A stretch of 64,000 bases of DNA from assembly GCF_963921235.1 (NCBI RefSeq), contig NC_086097.1:195116001-195180000 (forward strand), given 5' to 3'. The number at the start of each line of letters is the position of its first letter. Within the stretch, counting starts at the first letter, position 1. The notes beneath the pieces are model-generated. The model was not told where the DNA came from. It made no database searches and was given only the letters and a program-made list of their open reading frames with translations. This document shows positions 51,648 to 63,998 of the stretch, one piece after another. A program made the translations under genes and the position numbers. The DNA is from Mobula hypostoma (lineage: Eukaryota).

Positions 51648-52342
51648 TGTAGCCCTCTGGTAAGCCCCAGGCTCGGTCAGCTCACTTTTGTCTAGGGGGA
51701 GCAGCCTTCAGCCCCGTCAAACTGGGTAATCAAGTTTGTGTGGATGCTGTGATGTACCCCACCCTGCCAAATAACAGACAATACACCATATATGATTAAG
51801 TGATTACATTTTATAGATTTTACAGGAACTATGTAATTAATAGAGATAAAATATAAAAGGAAAGTAAAAGGCGCCAAACTTATCAAAGTTCAACTACCTT
51901 GTGCACAACAGTTGGAGCTCAATTAACGGAGTCTTCTTTCCACCATTTGATCCCCTCCAACCACCTCGACCTGCCGCCTGGGACCAACCATGGTGGTCAA
52001 CCAGACGCTCCTCACGAGTCAGTCCTCGTCTCCTCTCCTTGCCGAAGACCCTGGGCCTCAGACTCCCGCTCGTGGTCCGTTCCATCACCCAGCTTACAGC
52101 ATTGCGTCTCCTCTCTCTGTCCCCATCGTGCCTTCTGCCCCAGAGCCTGTGAAAACAATAGCTTACAGACACACAAGAAAGAATAACATCTATCCCAATT
52201 GGTTAGCAAATGAATACAATTCTCATTATCAGTAATGTAACCCAAACAAGCTGCTAGAGAGAGAACTTTCTCAGCTGTTAGCACAACAAAGAAGCCATTT
52301 TTATTAGCCTTAGCAGTAACATAAAAGAAGAAACCTCTCACA
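51648..52342. mobile_element. Probable solo LTR related to 23693-24303
   Basis: TGT...ACA ends and shared blocks (GTGGATGCTG, AAATAACA.ACA.TACAC, TGTGCACAA..GTTGGAGCTC, ATTGG.TA.CA, TAACCCAAACA). No TSD is evident. Confidence 0.65.
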
Positions 52343-53301
52343 CTCACCTTCCCAACTCCTTGCTAAATCTGGGGTTGATTAGACCTTCCTGTCTGTCACT
52401 GTGTGGGCAAAATGCCTATTGATGGACATTTCAAAATTTCTAGGCCTTTGCTCTGATTACCATTGATAAACATCCACAATACAGCACAAACGAATGCTGA
52501 TTACTGGAGGGCACTGATGCTGAAAAATTATTTCATTTTCAATGTAATGATTTACAATAATTGGTAGTTCATAGTAATGGAATTTCCCCTCACTAAACTT
52601 TGATCTTGAGCTGTACGGGTGCCTTTGTTCATTAATGTTTGTTTTATCTTTTGTAATAACTTCAGAAGTCTCTTACATTCCATAATTTCAGGGATTGTTC
52701 CAGAACTATTACAATTCATCGACAGATCTAAAATTTTTTGCTTAGATTTAATCAAACTGCTCAGGAACTAAAGTTTAAAAAAAAAGTTTAGAGAACAAAC
52801 TCTATCATTGATTCAGAGGAGACTCATTGAAAAATACCTATGCTTCCACATAAGCTTTCCTTGAATACACAATGGTGAGAAGCCATCAAATATATTGGAA
52901 TCTATCGCAATGAGCAAATTGAGCTGGGAAGATAACAGTTTCTTCAGACTGTATTAACTGGAAGTAAAGTGCTGCAGATGCTGGAAATCTTATCATTAGC
53001 CACTGGTGAAGTTCCTGTAGCTAATGTCATTCAATTATTTCAGAAGAGTTGCAAGGATAAACCAAGAGACTACAGGACAGCCAGCCTGACAACAGTGGTC
53101 GGGAAGTTACTGTGGGACAGGACCTACCAGCACTTGAATAGACAGTGTCTGATAAGGAGTAGTCAACATGTTCTCAGTATCATTCATTCTGTCAGTATTA
53201 TTTATGTTGACAGCGTTATTTATTTACTATTAATTAGTAAATTGATCTTCTAGCATATTAAGCCATACTAAGACTTGTACTAGTATAATTAGTAAATACA
53301 G

Positions 53302-54575
53302 TATTATTATTGCTCTATTTTTATTTTCTCTCAGCTCAAGCTGATAAAACCTGAAGTACTGGCATAGCCAAGCATGCTCATTTCTCAACTGGTAGGAACT
53401 TTTGACCTATTCTAGTGGTGTTTAGTATTATGGTTTTCTGGAGATTTACATAGATATTTCTATGTAGTCCTAACTGTTTAATACCATTGTGTAGTGCCTT
53501 TGGGATGATAGTAGTTGTAAATATTACTAATAAGACAATGTATATTTGTTCATATTCCATAGTCTTTCAATTTCCTCTTTTAATTCAGCATATTTCTGGT
53601 GCTTTTACTTATTGATTTCTCCATGTTATCTGTGTTTGAAATGGCGATATCTGTTCTTGCTTGTTTATCCTACATTATTATATCCAGACTGAATTTATAG
53701 AACACTCATAATATAATTTCTGGGACTCTGACTCTAAACTGGATAGGCTTTTATTTATGGTAAGACATGATTTCTTTTATGCGTTTGTATTCCAAAGCAA
53801 GATTTTGGTGAATGACACTTACCACTTGATTGTGCCTTTGTAGGTAATGAGATTGAGTTAAACTGCTGCAGGATCTTGTAATGTGTTGGATTGTTTCTCA
53901 TTTCTCTTGGCTTTTTCTGCATTTATCATCTTGAATTTGTTGGACTTCTATTGTGTATTTTTGATCATTTTTGTGATAAACATCTGGTCCTGTATTGCCA
54001 CAAGGAACAGTTCTGTTTCTGGGAAGAGGTCTTAAAATCTGAACCAAGAATTTGACCCTTCCTTAACGACATGTAGTTGCTCAGAACATGGGGATTTCTT
54101 CCATGGAGAGTTATGCTCTTCCACTGGTTAACATTTTCCTCAACAGTGATAATATCTCAATTTTTTTTTAGGTTGTGCTGTCATTTAAGTTTAGTGGTGA
54201 ACACTTCTTATCAGAATTGCAAATGCTTGTGCGGAGTTCTGAATCCTGTTCTTGCTGATGCAAGTATATCCTTAGAAGTTTTATCTGACTGCTCTGTAGT
54301 TTTTTTAAATCTGTTATTCCTCTTCCTCCTATCCTAGATAGTGTTAATCTAAGTATGTTCAAATGTGCATGATGTTTTCTAAAATTTGCCAGTTCAGTTT
54401 TTGTTTTTCTATGAAAATTTTCCAGATTGGTTTGGTCCAAGATATTATGTCAAAATAATATGTTAATATGGGTACAGCAAAAGTGTTTATCGCCTCTGTT
54501 ATATTTTTACTATTGATCTCTAGCAGATTTTATTAAGCTTGAATTAAATTCTGTCAAAGGATTTCCCTTTATCAC
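53302..54575 (-). mobile_element. R4/Dong-like non-LTR retrotransposon 3' fragment (restriction-like endonuclease)
   Basis: RLTLSRIGGRG, decayed CCHC knuckle CRK...ETIQHITRSC, YLQRHNQV, DII..DKQ..DIAI, KYAEL, and (TAA)n at the 3' flank. Confidence 0.8.
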
Positions 54576-54840
54576 ACTATTATTATTTTTTTCTCATTTC
54601 TCAATTACTAGGAACTTACAGATTATTCTAGCGGTGTTTAGTATTATATTATGGCTTTCTGAAGATTTACATATATATTACTGTGTGGCCTGAATTGTTT
54701 AATGCTATTGTGTAGTGCCTTTAGGATGACACCAGTTATAGATATTACTATTGGGACAATATGTACCCTGTTCATGTTTCAAAGTCTTAAAATTTCCTCT
54801 TTTAATTCAGCATATTTCTGGTGTTCTTCACTTATTTATT
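54576..54840 (-). mobile_element. Second R4/Dong 3' fragment in tandem
   Basis: Diverged homolog of ~53390-53615 with a (TAA)n tail at ~54578-54587. Confidence 0.75.
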
Positions 54841-57800
54841 TCTGTAAGTTATGTGTGTTGTTGTTATTATTATTATTATTAACTTGTTTGTATTTGCACA
54901 GTTTGTCTTCTTTTGCACCTTGGTTGCTTGTCAGTCTTTGTATTTCTTTGTTTTACTGTGAATGCCTACAAGAAAAATAAATATTTGGGGGTAATATTTG
55001 GCGATATACATACTTTGATAATAAATTTACTGTGTTTGACAAATCTTATAATGTTCTTTGAAGAGGTAACCAAAAGGCTAGATGATAAGGCAGTGAATTT
55101 TGTCTATTTGGATCTTTAGCAAAGCCACATTTAGGCTAATCTGAAAGGTTAGGTCCCAGGAAATCAGAGAGAGCTAGTTAGGTAAACTTTAAATTGATTT
55201 GGAGATAGGAAGCTGAGGGAGGTAATTAAATGTTGCTTCTTGTTATCGAGGTTGGTGACTCGGAATGTACTACAAGGGTTAGTGTTGGGACCTTTGCTAT
55301 TTGTTATTTATATAAATGATTTGAATGCAAATGTACACAGCTTGATCAGTAAATTTGCCGAATTAGGTGTTGTTGATAGGGAAAAAGATTACTTTTGATT
55401 AGAGGGGGATCTTGATCAGTTAAGGAAGTGGGCTGAGGAGTAACAAATGGATTTCAATGCACGTTAGTGTGAGGTGATGCAATCTAGAAAGTTAAACCTG
55501 CATAGGATTTAAGGAATGTAATAGACTAGAGCCATCTAGGAGTACAAGCAAGTATTTTGTTGAAAGTTGCATCACAGGTAGACAGGGTGGCGTACACTGG
55601 CCTTCATCAGTCAGAGCAGCAAGTATAGCAGTTGAAGCATTTTGTTATTGGTGAGGCCACACTTGGAGTATTGTGTACAGTTTTGGTCACTCTGTCATAG
55701 AAAGAATGTTGATAAACTTGAAAAATTGCAGAAAAGACTGATTGGGCCAAACATCCTGTATCCATGCTCCATTGCTCAATGTATCTATATGAAATACTGC
55801 AGAATATCTGTAATATTCATTGGTTCAGCCAGAACCTGGGGGAATATTGTTTGAATGTTCAGGTTGCTAACCTTTTGTCAGTCTCTGGTATTTTTTCAGG
55901 AAATCCATAAAGGAACCTTTAACCACAACAAGTCTTTCAGGAGAAATTGGATTTTGTAGTGCAAACGTTTGAGCCTCTTTATACTCAAAATTAATGTACA
56001 TTAGCACCGAACAGTACCGTAATTTTGCAATATCTTTATAAATGACAGTTAGATTTTGGGAGTAGGGTGAGTCTTCTAGTTTTATTCACTGATAACAATG
56101 TTATAAATTCATTTTCTATTAATTTCAACATTCTGAGTGCATGAAACAATTTTCTCCAATATCACCAATGCTTGTGCAGAAATTAGATTATCTCTGAAAA
56201 ATAAAACTTAGTGAAACTACATTTTATGGTCAAAGTTGTGTTATAAGGTTGAAAATACATGCAGGCTCATAAGATTCCAATCTGAGCTCAGCCTTTCCAT
56301 TTGCAATTAATGTGTTTAATTATTTATAATGTGTGAATAATACATTGCAAGGACAGGAAAAGAACAAAATCATCAGCAGCTAATGCCCATTCATACTAAC
56401 TCTTCAAGCATTTAGTGAAGAACATTTATTATGGCCTATTTTCAATTCATAATATTACAGTAGGATTTTTAATCTGCTTGTTGAACCAATACAAATGTGT
56501 CTTAGAATGCATTGAATAAACAAATGTAATATCAGGAGAGAAATTTGTAGCTGAAGAAATCTGACCTTGAGTTAGAGATCATGCTAGACAATATAACTTC
56601 AATCTTCAAGAATTAGATTAGAGATGGTTATGTTTCTTTTAATATTTGATTTGGAAGGGGATTCCCTTATATATTTAATAGTGAACTGATAATATCATTT
56701 TCAGCTGTGTTTACTCCAATGAATATTGGGAAGCTGTATTTATTAAAACTGCATCAGCAATTGATTTTGGATGCAGTCGATTAATTTTGTCAGTGCATTA
56801 TAGCTGAGAAATATTACAATGGAAATAAGGAGGCTGGCCAAGTACCAGGAAAATATTTATTACCCTTAAAATATCAAATAATTTAAATATGCAACAATAA
56901 TCTCTATACCAACTAACTTTGTACTGGTGCAATAAACAATATATTTTTAACCTGCCCATAGAATAATAATTTAGGCATTCTTGTATTTGCACTCATTTTC
57001 CTGATTTAAATTTTGTACTAGACAATATTTTTCCATGCCTACATTTCTTTGTTTCACAATCACTCATTTCTCCTCCCTGTTCCATTAATCAGTATTCTTG
57101 TATGAAATCCACAGCTATCATCTTTCACTTTCACTCTGTGCTCTCTTCATTAACTCTTTCTATTTTTTCCTGTGCTTTGTTTCCTCGAAATCCCTTCTAT
57201 TCTGCCACCTCAATCCCTCTTTTTTCTCTTAATATCCCATTCATTCTTTATCTTTGCAATTGTTCCCAGTCATTGATGTTCTTTCTTAGTCCCCTTCTCC
57301 ATCTTATTCTGTATCTCCATCGGTTTTTCTGAATTTGCATATTTCTTTTTGTTTCCTCTCCTCATCTTGTCATTTTATATTTGTACTTTTATCATTTCCT
57401 CAGACTTTTATCCTTATCCCTTGACTGGCAAAGATTATCATCTCATAACATAATGGTAGACTTCAATCAAGATCGTATCACATTAGTGCATTCCTTAGAC
57501 AGAAGAGCAAACGCTGAATGAATCTGTACATTTGATTGAATAGCTTCATAATGATGTGAAACATACGCACATTCAGAACAGAACATATAAAAAATCATTC
57601 AAAATATTCACTACAGACATGTTACTGAAGCAAAAGGAAGCAGGAAATCTAATCATTGTAAGCATGAAGCTGCGAGAGAGGACCCAATTGAAAAATAGAA
57701 ATAGACAGATGGTGTTGGAAGTCTTAGTGCATGCTTCTTTATGCCATTATAATGACCCATGACCTAGGTATTTGAGAAACATAGTAGGTGTGGGGGATAG

Positions 57801-57884
57801 GTGTCCCAAAAAAATCAAGATTCTGACAATGATATTTGGAAGAGCATGATTGGGAAAGCGAGATAGTTATTTCCTCTTATGCCT

Positions 57885-58545
57885 AGTTATCAGAATCAGA
57901 TTTATTATCATTGATATATATCATGAAATTTGTAGTTTTGCGATTGCATTGCAGTAAAATACATACAAATTACTGTAAATTACAATAAGAATATATCAAA
58001 ATAGTCTATTTATTTACTTATTGATGTATCAATTGCTTGATTTGTATGGTTAGCATCAATTCATGGTTACCTGAATGCGTAAAGTCACAGGAGGAGGGAA
58101 GGAATGTGTCTCAGAGCACATATACAAGGAGTGCTCTCACAAGAAAGCAGCATCGATCATCAGAGACCCCCACCACCCAGGTCATACTCTCTACTTGCTG
58201 CTGCCTCAGGAAGGAGGTACAGGAGCCTCAGAAACAGTTATTACCCCCCAACGATCAGGCTCTTGAACCTATGGACTCACTTTCAAGGACTCTTCATGTC
58301 GTAGTCTTAATATTTATAGCTTAATCATTTATCATTATTATTTTGTATTTTATTCCTTTTGTATAGTATTTGTTGTCTTTTGCACATTGGTTGCTTTTCC
58401 AATTCAATGTGTGCAGTTTTTCATTGATTCTATTGTTTTTCTTTGTATTTGATGTGAATGCCCACAAGAAAATGAATCTCAAGGTTGTATATGCTGATAT
58501 GTTTGTACTTTAATAAAAAAATTACTTTGTACTTTGAACTTTGAG
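57885..58545. mobile_element. Rex1/Babar 3' remnants (minus ~57885-58010, plus ~58100-58545)
   Basis: (ATCAGA)n + TTTATT; KAASIIRDPHHPGH and SGRRYRSL; (ACTTTG)n tail. Confidence 0.7.
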
Positions 58546-58772
58546 CTGTGTGCTAGCTTTTCCCCCTCATAAGTGAGAGAGTAGTGCTAATAAGTACCTT
58601 ATTTTGTGAAGTGGGTGCAATGGGGGAACACATTCAGAATATGCAAGCAGTGAGATGTTGCTGTAAGGCCTACAGTCATGTTATCTCTGAAGATATGGTG
58701 GGATACAGAAGGGGAGGTATGAGCTTTGAAAGACAGGGATGTTGGAAGCTGATTGAAGGGATTTGAGAATTA

Positions 58773-59794
58773 TTATTTTTTTATTTCAAAATATACTTTA
58801 TTCAAAAATAAATATATACAATAAACCATTCAATAACTTTTCATCCTTTACATACGTTTCCATTATAGTCAGTACATATCCGTATTTATAGCCACCCACA
58901 TGGCACTCCAGTAGTTCAGCTTACCATATCATTGTTGAGGGGTATACTCCCCGCCCACCGACCCCTCCCACTCCCACAGGTGGAGAAACCTATACTGTGG
59001 TCCTTCCCCACCGGGCCCTTGCGGTGGCTGCACCGAGTTTCAGTGCGTCCCTCAGCACGTACTCCTGCAACCGAGAATGTGCCAGTCGGCAGCATTCTCC
59101 CACGGACATCTCCGTGTGCTGGTAGATCATCAAGTTTCGGGCCGACCAAAGAGTGTCTTTCACCGAGTTGATGATCTGCCAGCAGCACCGGATGTTGGTC
59201 TCCGTGTGCATCCCCGGGAACAACCCGTAGATCAGAGAGTCCTCTGTTACGCAGCTGCTGGGGATAAAAACGTGACACTAGCCTGTCCATCCTCCTCCAC
59301 ACCCTCTTTGCAAACTGGCAGTGTGCAAAGAGGTGGGTCACAGACTCCTCCTCACTGCAGTCCTCCCGTGGGCAGTGGGGTGTGGAGACGACGTTCCGGG
59401 CGTACAGGAGGGCTCTGACTGGGAGGGCCCCTCTCACCGCCAGCCAAGCGAGGTCTTGGTGCCTGTTGGTGAGATCTGGCAATGAGGCATTTTGCCAGAT
59501 GAACTGGACAGTCTGCTCAGCGAACCACCCCACTGTGTCCATCACGTCCTTCTCCTGCAGTGCCTGCAGGACACTACGTGCCGACCACTGCCTGATGGCC
59601 CTGTGGTCAAAAGCGTTCTCCTGAAAGAACTTTGCTACGTAGGACAGGTATGCCGGCAATGACCAGCTGACTGGGGCATTGCGTGGGAGCGGGACCAGAC
59701 CCATCCTTCGTAGCCAGGGCGACAGGTAGAACCTGGGCACATAGTGATACTTGGTGCCCACATACCTGGGTTCTACACAAAGCCTGATGCAGCC
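58773..59794 (-). mobile_element. L1/Tx1-clade LINE 3' fragment with 7-bp TSD
   Basis: zf-RVT-like DLAWLAVRGALPV...CPREDC..EESVTHLFAHC, then AATAAA and an A-rich tail. AGAATTA at 58766-58772 and 59795-59801. Confidence 0.85.
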
Positions 59795-60091
59795 AGAATT
59801 AAGCCTATCAGATTCAAAATAGTCTAAAACTGATAGTCTACCTGAATCTGATTAGTGACAGCTTGCAGTGGGGATACCAACATCATATTTATTAGAGGCT
59901 GTTGATAGCGGAATGGTAAGGGGATATTGCAGTGAGCAATGTATGAGGTCAGTTTGGATCTAAAGTGAAGTAGTTGATCTCTGATCTTGACCTGTTCTGT
60001 AAGAATATTGGATTTTGTTCCCTGGATATGCTAAAGAGATTTTACTAAAACCCAATCACTAAACATGATATACACAAGTGAATCAAACCGT

Positions 60092-60378
60092 TGTAGCGAT
60101 GTGCTACACACAGCGCTAGAATAACCACACGGAGTCGGTGAGTTAGAGTTGCGATGAAAGAGATTTATTCAAACTTCGCGGCCCGCTTTAAAGCCTTCCC
60201 GTTCCCGCCCTCCCTGGGCGGGACTACTGTGGGGAATGCATATTCCCAGACCCTTTCTGCGCGTGGGATTTTCCCCCTGCTGGTGAAGATGGCCTGGCGC
60301 CCTTTTTGCTGCCGGCCCTCTGCCTGCGCGCGCTGTTTCGTGAGCCGGTTCGTGGGTGCCAGAAAGTGGATCGCCACA
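60092..60378 (-). repeat. 3' LTR (287 bp)
   Basis: Minus strand TGTGGCGAT...ATCGCTACA, preceded by a G-rich PPT (60382-60392). AATAAA at 60164-60169. Confidence 0.9.
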
Positions 60379-63300
60379 TAACCCCCCCGCCCAGAACCGG
60401 CGATACCTCCCCCAATGTCCACAGTCTGGATCGGCCTCTGTTTGGGAGGTCTGCCCCTGCGCCGTGGTGCCTGAGCCTGGACCGGTTGCGCCAAGTCCAC
60501 ATTGGCCGGTTTGAGTCGGTCCACCGTGAAAACCTCCTCTCTCCCCCCAATGTCCAGCACGAATGTGGACCCGTTGTTCCTGATCACCTTAAACGGCCCC
60601 TCGTAGGGCCGCTGTAGCGGTGCCCGGTGTCCGCCCCGTCGTACAAAAAGAAACTTACAGTTCTGCAGGTCTTTGGGTACGCAGGTCGGGCTCTGTCCGT
60701 GCTGTGAAGTGGGTATGGGGGCCAGGTTACCGAGCCTCTCCCGTAGTCTGTCCAGGACTGCTGTGGGTTCTTCCTCTTGCCCCCTTGGGGCTGGTATGAA
60801 CTCTCCTGGGACGACCAGGGGTGTGCCGTACACCAGCTCCGCCGACGAGGTGTGTAGATCCTCTTTGGGCGCCGTGCGGATTCCGAGCAGGACCCAGGGA
60901 AGTTCGTCCACCCAGTTAGGCCCCTCCAGGCGGGCCATGAGAGCCGATTTCAGGTGACGGTGGAGCGCTCCACTAGTCCGTTCGACTGTGGGTGGTAGGC
61001 AGTTGTGTGGTGTAGCTGTGATTCTAAAAGGTTGGCCATAGCCGACCACAGGCTGGAGGTGAACTGGGCGCTCCTGTCAGAGGTAATGTGGGCCGGTACC
61101 CCAAAGCGTGCTACCCAGGTTGCGATTAGTGCTCGGGCGCAGGATTCGGTGGTGGTGTCGCTGAGCGGGACTGTCTCTGGCCATCTGGTGAACCGGTCTA
61201 TCATAGTTAGGAGGTACCGCGCTCCTCGTGACACTGGCAGGGGCCCCACGATATCCACGTGGATGTGGTCGAACCTCCGGCGGGTGGGTTCGAACCGCTG
61301 CGGTGGAGCCTTGGTGTGCCGCTGCACCTTGGCCGTTTGGCACTGCATACACGTTTTGGCCCATTCACTGACCTGTTTACGAAGTCCATGCCACACGAAC
61401 TTGTTGGAGACCAGCGGACAGTTGTCCTGATGGAGGAGTGCGCTAAGTTGTGAATGGATTCGAACACCCGCCGGCGCCAGGCTGCTGGGACGACGGGGCG
61501 GGGTTGGCCGGTAGCTACATCACACAGTAGGGTCCTCTCACCTGGGCCTACGGGGAGGTCTTGGAGCTGCAAACCGGAGACTGCAGTCCTGTAACTGGGG
61601 ATCTCAGCGTCTGCCTGCTGTGCCTCTGCCAGCGCTGCATAGTCCACCCCCTGGGACAGGGCCTGTATGGTAGGTCTGGAAAGTGCGTCTGCCACGACAT
61701 TGTTCTTTCCAGAGACATGCCGGATGTCCGTCGTGTACTCGGAGATGTAGGACAGATGTCGCTGCTGGCGGGACGACCAAGGGTCGGACACCTTAGTGAA
61801 CGCAAAGGTAAGCGGTTTGTGGTCTGTGAACGCGGTGAAGGGCCTACCTTCTAAGAAGTACCTGAAATGCCGGATTGCCAGGTATAGTGCCAATAGCTCC
61901 CGGTCGAAAGCACTGTATTTGAGTTCGGGTGGTCGTAGGTGTTTGCTGAAGAACGCCAGGGGTTGCCAGCGACCCTCGATGAGTTGGTCCAGCACTCCAC
62001 CGACTGCTGTGTTGGATGCGACCACCGTGAGGGCAGTAGGAACGTCCGTTCTGGGGTGCACTAGCATCGCAGCGTTTGCCAAGGCTTCTTTGGTTTTAAC
62101 GAAAGCGGCTGCGGCCTCTTCGTTCCAGGTAATGTCCTTGCCCTTACCCGATATTAGAGTGAACAAGGGGCGCATGGTTCGGGCTGCTGAGGGGAGGAAA
62201 CGGTGGTAGAAATTCACCATACCCACGAATTCCTGCAAGCCTTTGATTTTGTTGGGTCGGAGGAAGTGGCGGACCGCGTCTACCTTGGCGGGCAGCGGGG
62301 TTGCCCCGTCTTTAGTAATCCTGTGGCCCAGGAAGTCGATGGTGTCGAGTCCGAACTGGCATTTGGCTGGATTGATTGTAAGGCCGAATTCGCTCAGGCG
62401 GGAGTAGAGCTGGTGGAGGTGGGACAGATGCTCCTGCCGACTACTGCTGGCTATGAGGATGTCGTCCAAATAGATGAATGCAAAGTCCAGGTCGCGTGCC
62501 ACCGCGTCCATTAGCCGCTGGAAAGTCTGTGCGGCACTCTTTAGACCAAACGGCATTCGGAGGAATTCGAAAAGTCCGAACGGGGTGATAAGTGCTGTTT
62601 TGGGGATGTCGTCCGGATGTACAGGGATTTGATGGTATCCCCGGACGAGGTCTACCTTGGAAAAGATCCTTGCGCCGTGTAGGTTTGCTGCGAAGTCTTG
62701 AATGTGCAGCACAGGGTAGCGGTCTGGCGTTGTAGCCTCGTTCAGTCTGCGGTAGTCACCGCATGGTCTCCAGCCCCCCGTTGCCTTGGGCACCATGTGA
62801 AGGGGGGAGGCCCATGGGCTGTCGGACCGTCGTATGATCCCTAATTCCTCCATCTTCTTGAACAACTCCTTCGCCAGTCGGAGCTTGTCCGGGGGAAGCC
62901 TTCGAGCATGGGCGTGGAGGGGTGGTCCCTGGGTCGGGATGTGGTGCTGTACTCCGTGTCTGGGCATGGCTGCCGTGAACTGCGGTGTCAGTACTGATGG
63001 GAAATCTGCCAGGACCCTGGTGAATTCATCGTCGGACAGCGTGATGGAGTCCAGGTGTGGGGCTGGCAACTGTGTTTCACCTAGGGAGAACGTTTGAAAA
63101 GTCTTGGCATGGACTAATCGCTTCCCTTGCAAGTCGACCAGCAAGCTGTGGGCTTGTAGAAAATCTGCCCCCAGCAGCGGTTGGGCCACGGCGGCCAGTG
63201 TGAAGTCCCACGTGAACCGGCTGGAGCTGAACTGTAGCCGCACCGTGTGGGCGCCGTAGGTTTGTATTGTGCTGCCATTAGCGGCCCTCAGGGTGGGTCC

Positions 63301-63465
63301 CGGTTCTCTGTTGCGGGTGTCGTAACTCGTTGGAGGTAAGACGTTGATCTCCGCTCCGGTGTCGACCAAAAAGCGGTGTCCCGACTGCTTGTCCCAGACG
63401 TACAGGAGGCTGTCCTGATGGCCAGCCGCCGTAGCCATCAGCGGCGGCTGGCCTTGGCGTTTCCC
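60165..63465 (-). pseudogene. pol: Gypsy pol (protease, RT, RNase H, integrase) with two frameshifts in integrase
   Basis: LVDTGA, DYRRLN, MPFGL, YLDD, TDHKPL, H..H...CMQC, HVDIVGP, TSDR, SNGLVER, YEGPF. Frame breaks near 61410 and 60960. RNase H TVDAS reads TVVAS. Confidence 0.93.
63420..63465 (-). promoter_or_regulatory. Programmed -1 ribosomal frameshift signal
   Basis: G GGA AAC in gag phase (63459-63465), 5-nt spacer, perfect 12-bp stem GGCCAGCCGCCG/CGGCGGCTGGCC with a 10-nt loop. pol is in the -1 frame. Confidence 0.85.
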
Positions 63466-63998
63466 GGGAATTTGCAGGGCGGTCTGCAGTGGCGGGCCTC
63501 CGTGCCCCACCGCTGGTGGTAGAAACACCATTGTTCGTTGGGCTCCTCACTCCCGTTGGCGGGTTTTGTAGGCTCTGCTGCCGGGCCTGGTCTGGTCTGT
63601 CGTTGGGCACGCGGCTCGGTGATCTGTGCGACGGATGCCCCTCTCTCTTTCCTGGCATTCCACAGCACATCTGCTCGGGCCGCCACCTCCCGGGGGTTGC
63701 TGAAATCTGCGTCGGACAGCAGCAGGCATATGTCCTCGGGCAGTTGCTCTAGGAAGGCCTGCTCAAACATGAGGCAGGGTTTGTGTCCTTCAGCCAGGGC
63801 CAGCATCTCGTTCATTAATGCTGACGGCGGCCTGTCTCCCAAACCATCCAGGTGCATTAAGCGGCGTGCTCGTTCGCGCCGTGAGAGTCCGAAAGTCCTT
63901 ATGAGCAGGGCTTTGAATGCTGTGTATTTGCTGTCCTCCGGGGGCGACTGTATAAACTCCTCAATTTGTGCAGCAGTCTCCTGGTCGAGGGAGCTCAG
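63438..63998 (-). CDS. gag: Gypsy Gag, C-terminal part (frame open to the window edge)
   Basis: [15 protein letters not shown]...[13 protein letters not shown]...[18 protein letters not shown] (CHCC knuckle). Confidence 0.9.
   Translation of the reverse strand: MSSLDQETAAQIEEFIQSPPEDSKYTAFKALLIRTFGLSRRERARRLMHLDGLGDRPPSALMNEMLALAEGHKPCLMFEQAFLEQLPEDICLLLSDADFSNPREVAARADVLWNARKERGASVAQITEPRAQRQTRPGPAAEPTKPANGSEEPNEQWCFYHQRWGTEARHCRPPCKFPGNAKASRR

Larger units (their letters stand above)
52975..55740 (+). mobile_element. Degenerate CR1 split by Rex1 3' UTR and R4/Dong inserts (~53170-55030)
   Basis: DYRTASLT...SSQH on the left continues as CLTNLIMFFEEVTK...VYLD on the right. Confidence 0.7.

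Noticed and set aside
57040..57420. Long pyrimidine-rich tract with a hydrophobic ORF
   Set aside because: Low-complexity composition explains the ORF.
61005..63097. Plus-strand ORFs antisense to Gypsy pol
   Set aside because: Expected shadows of a GC-rich coding sequence. No env-like or other domain was recognised.
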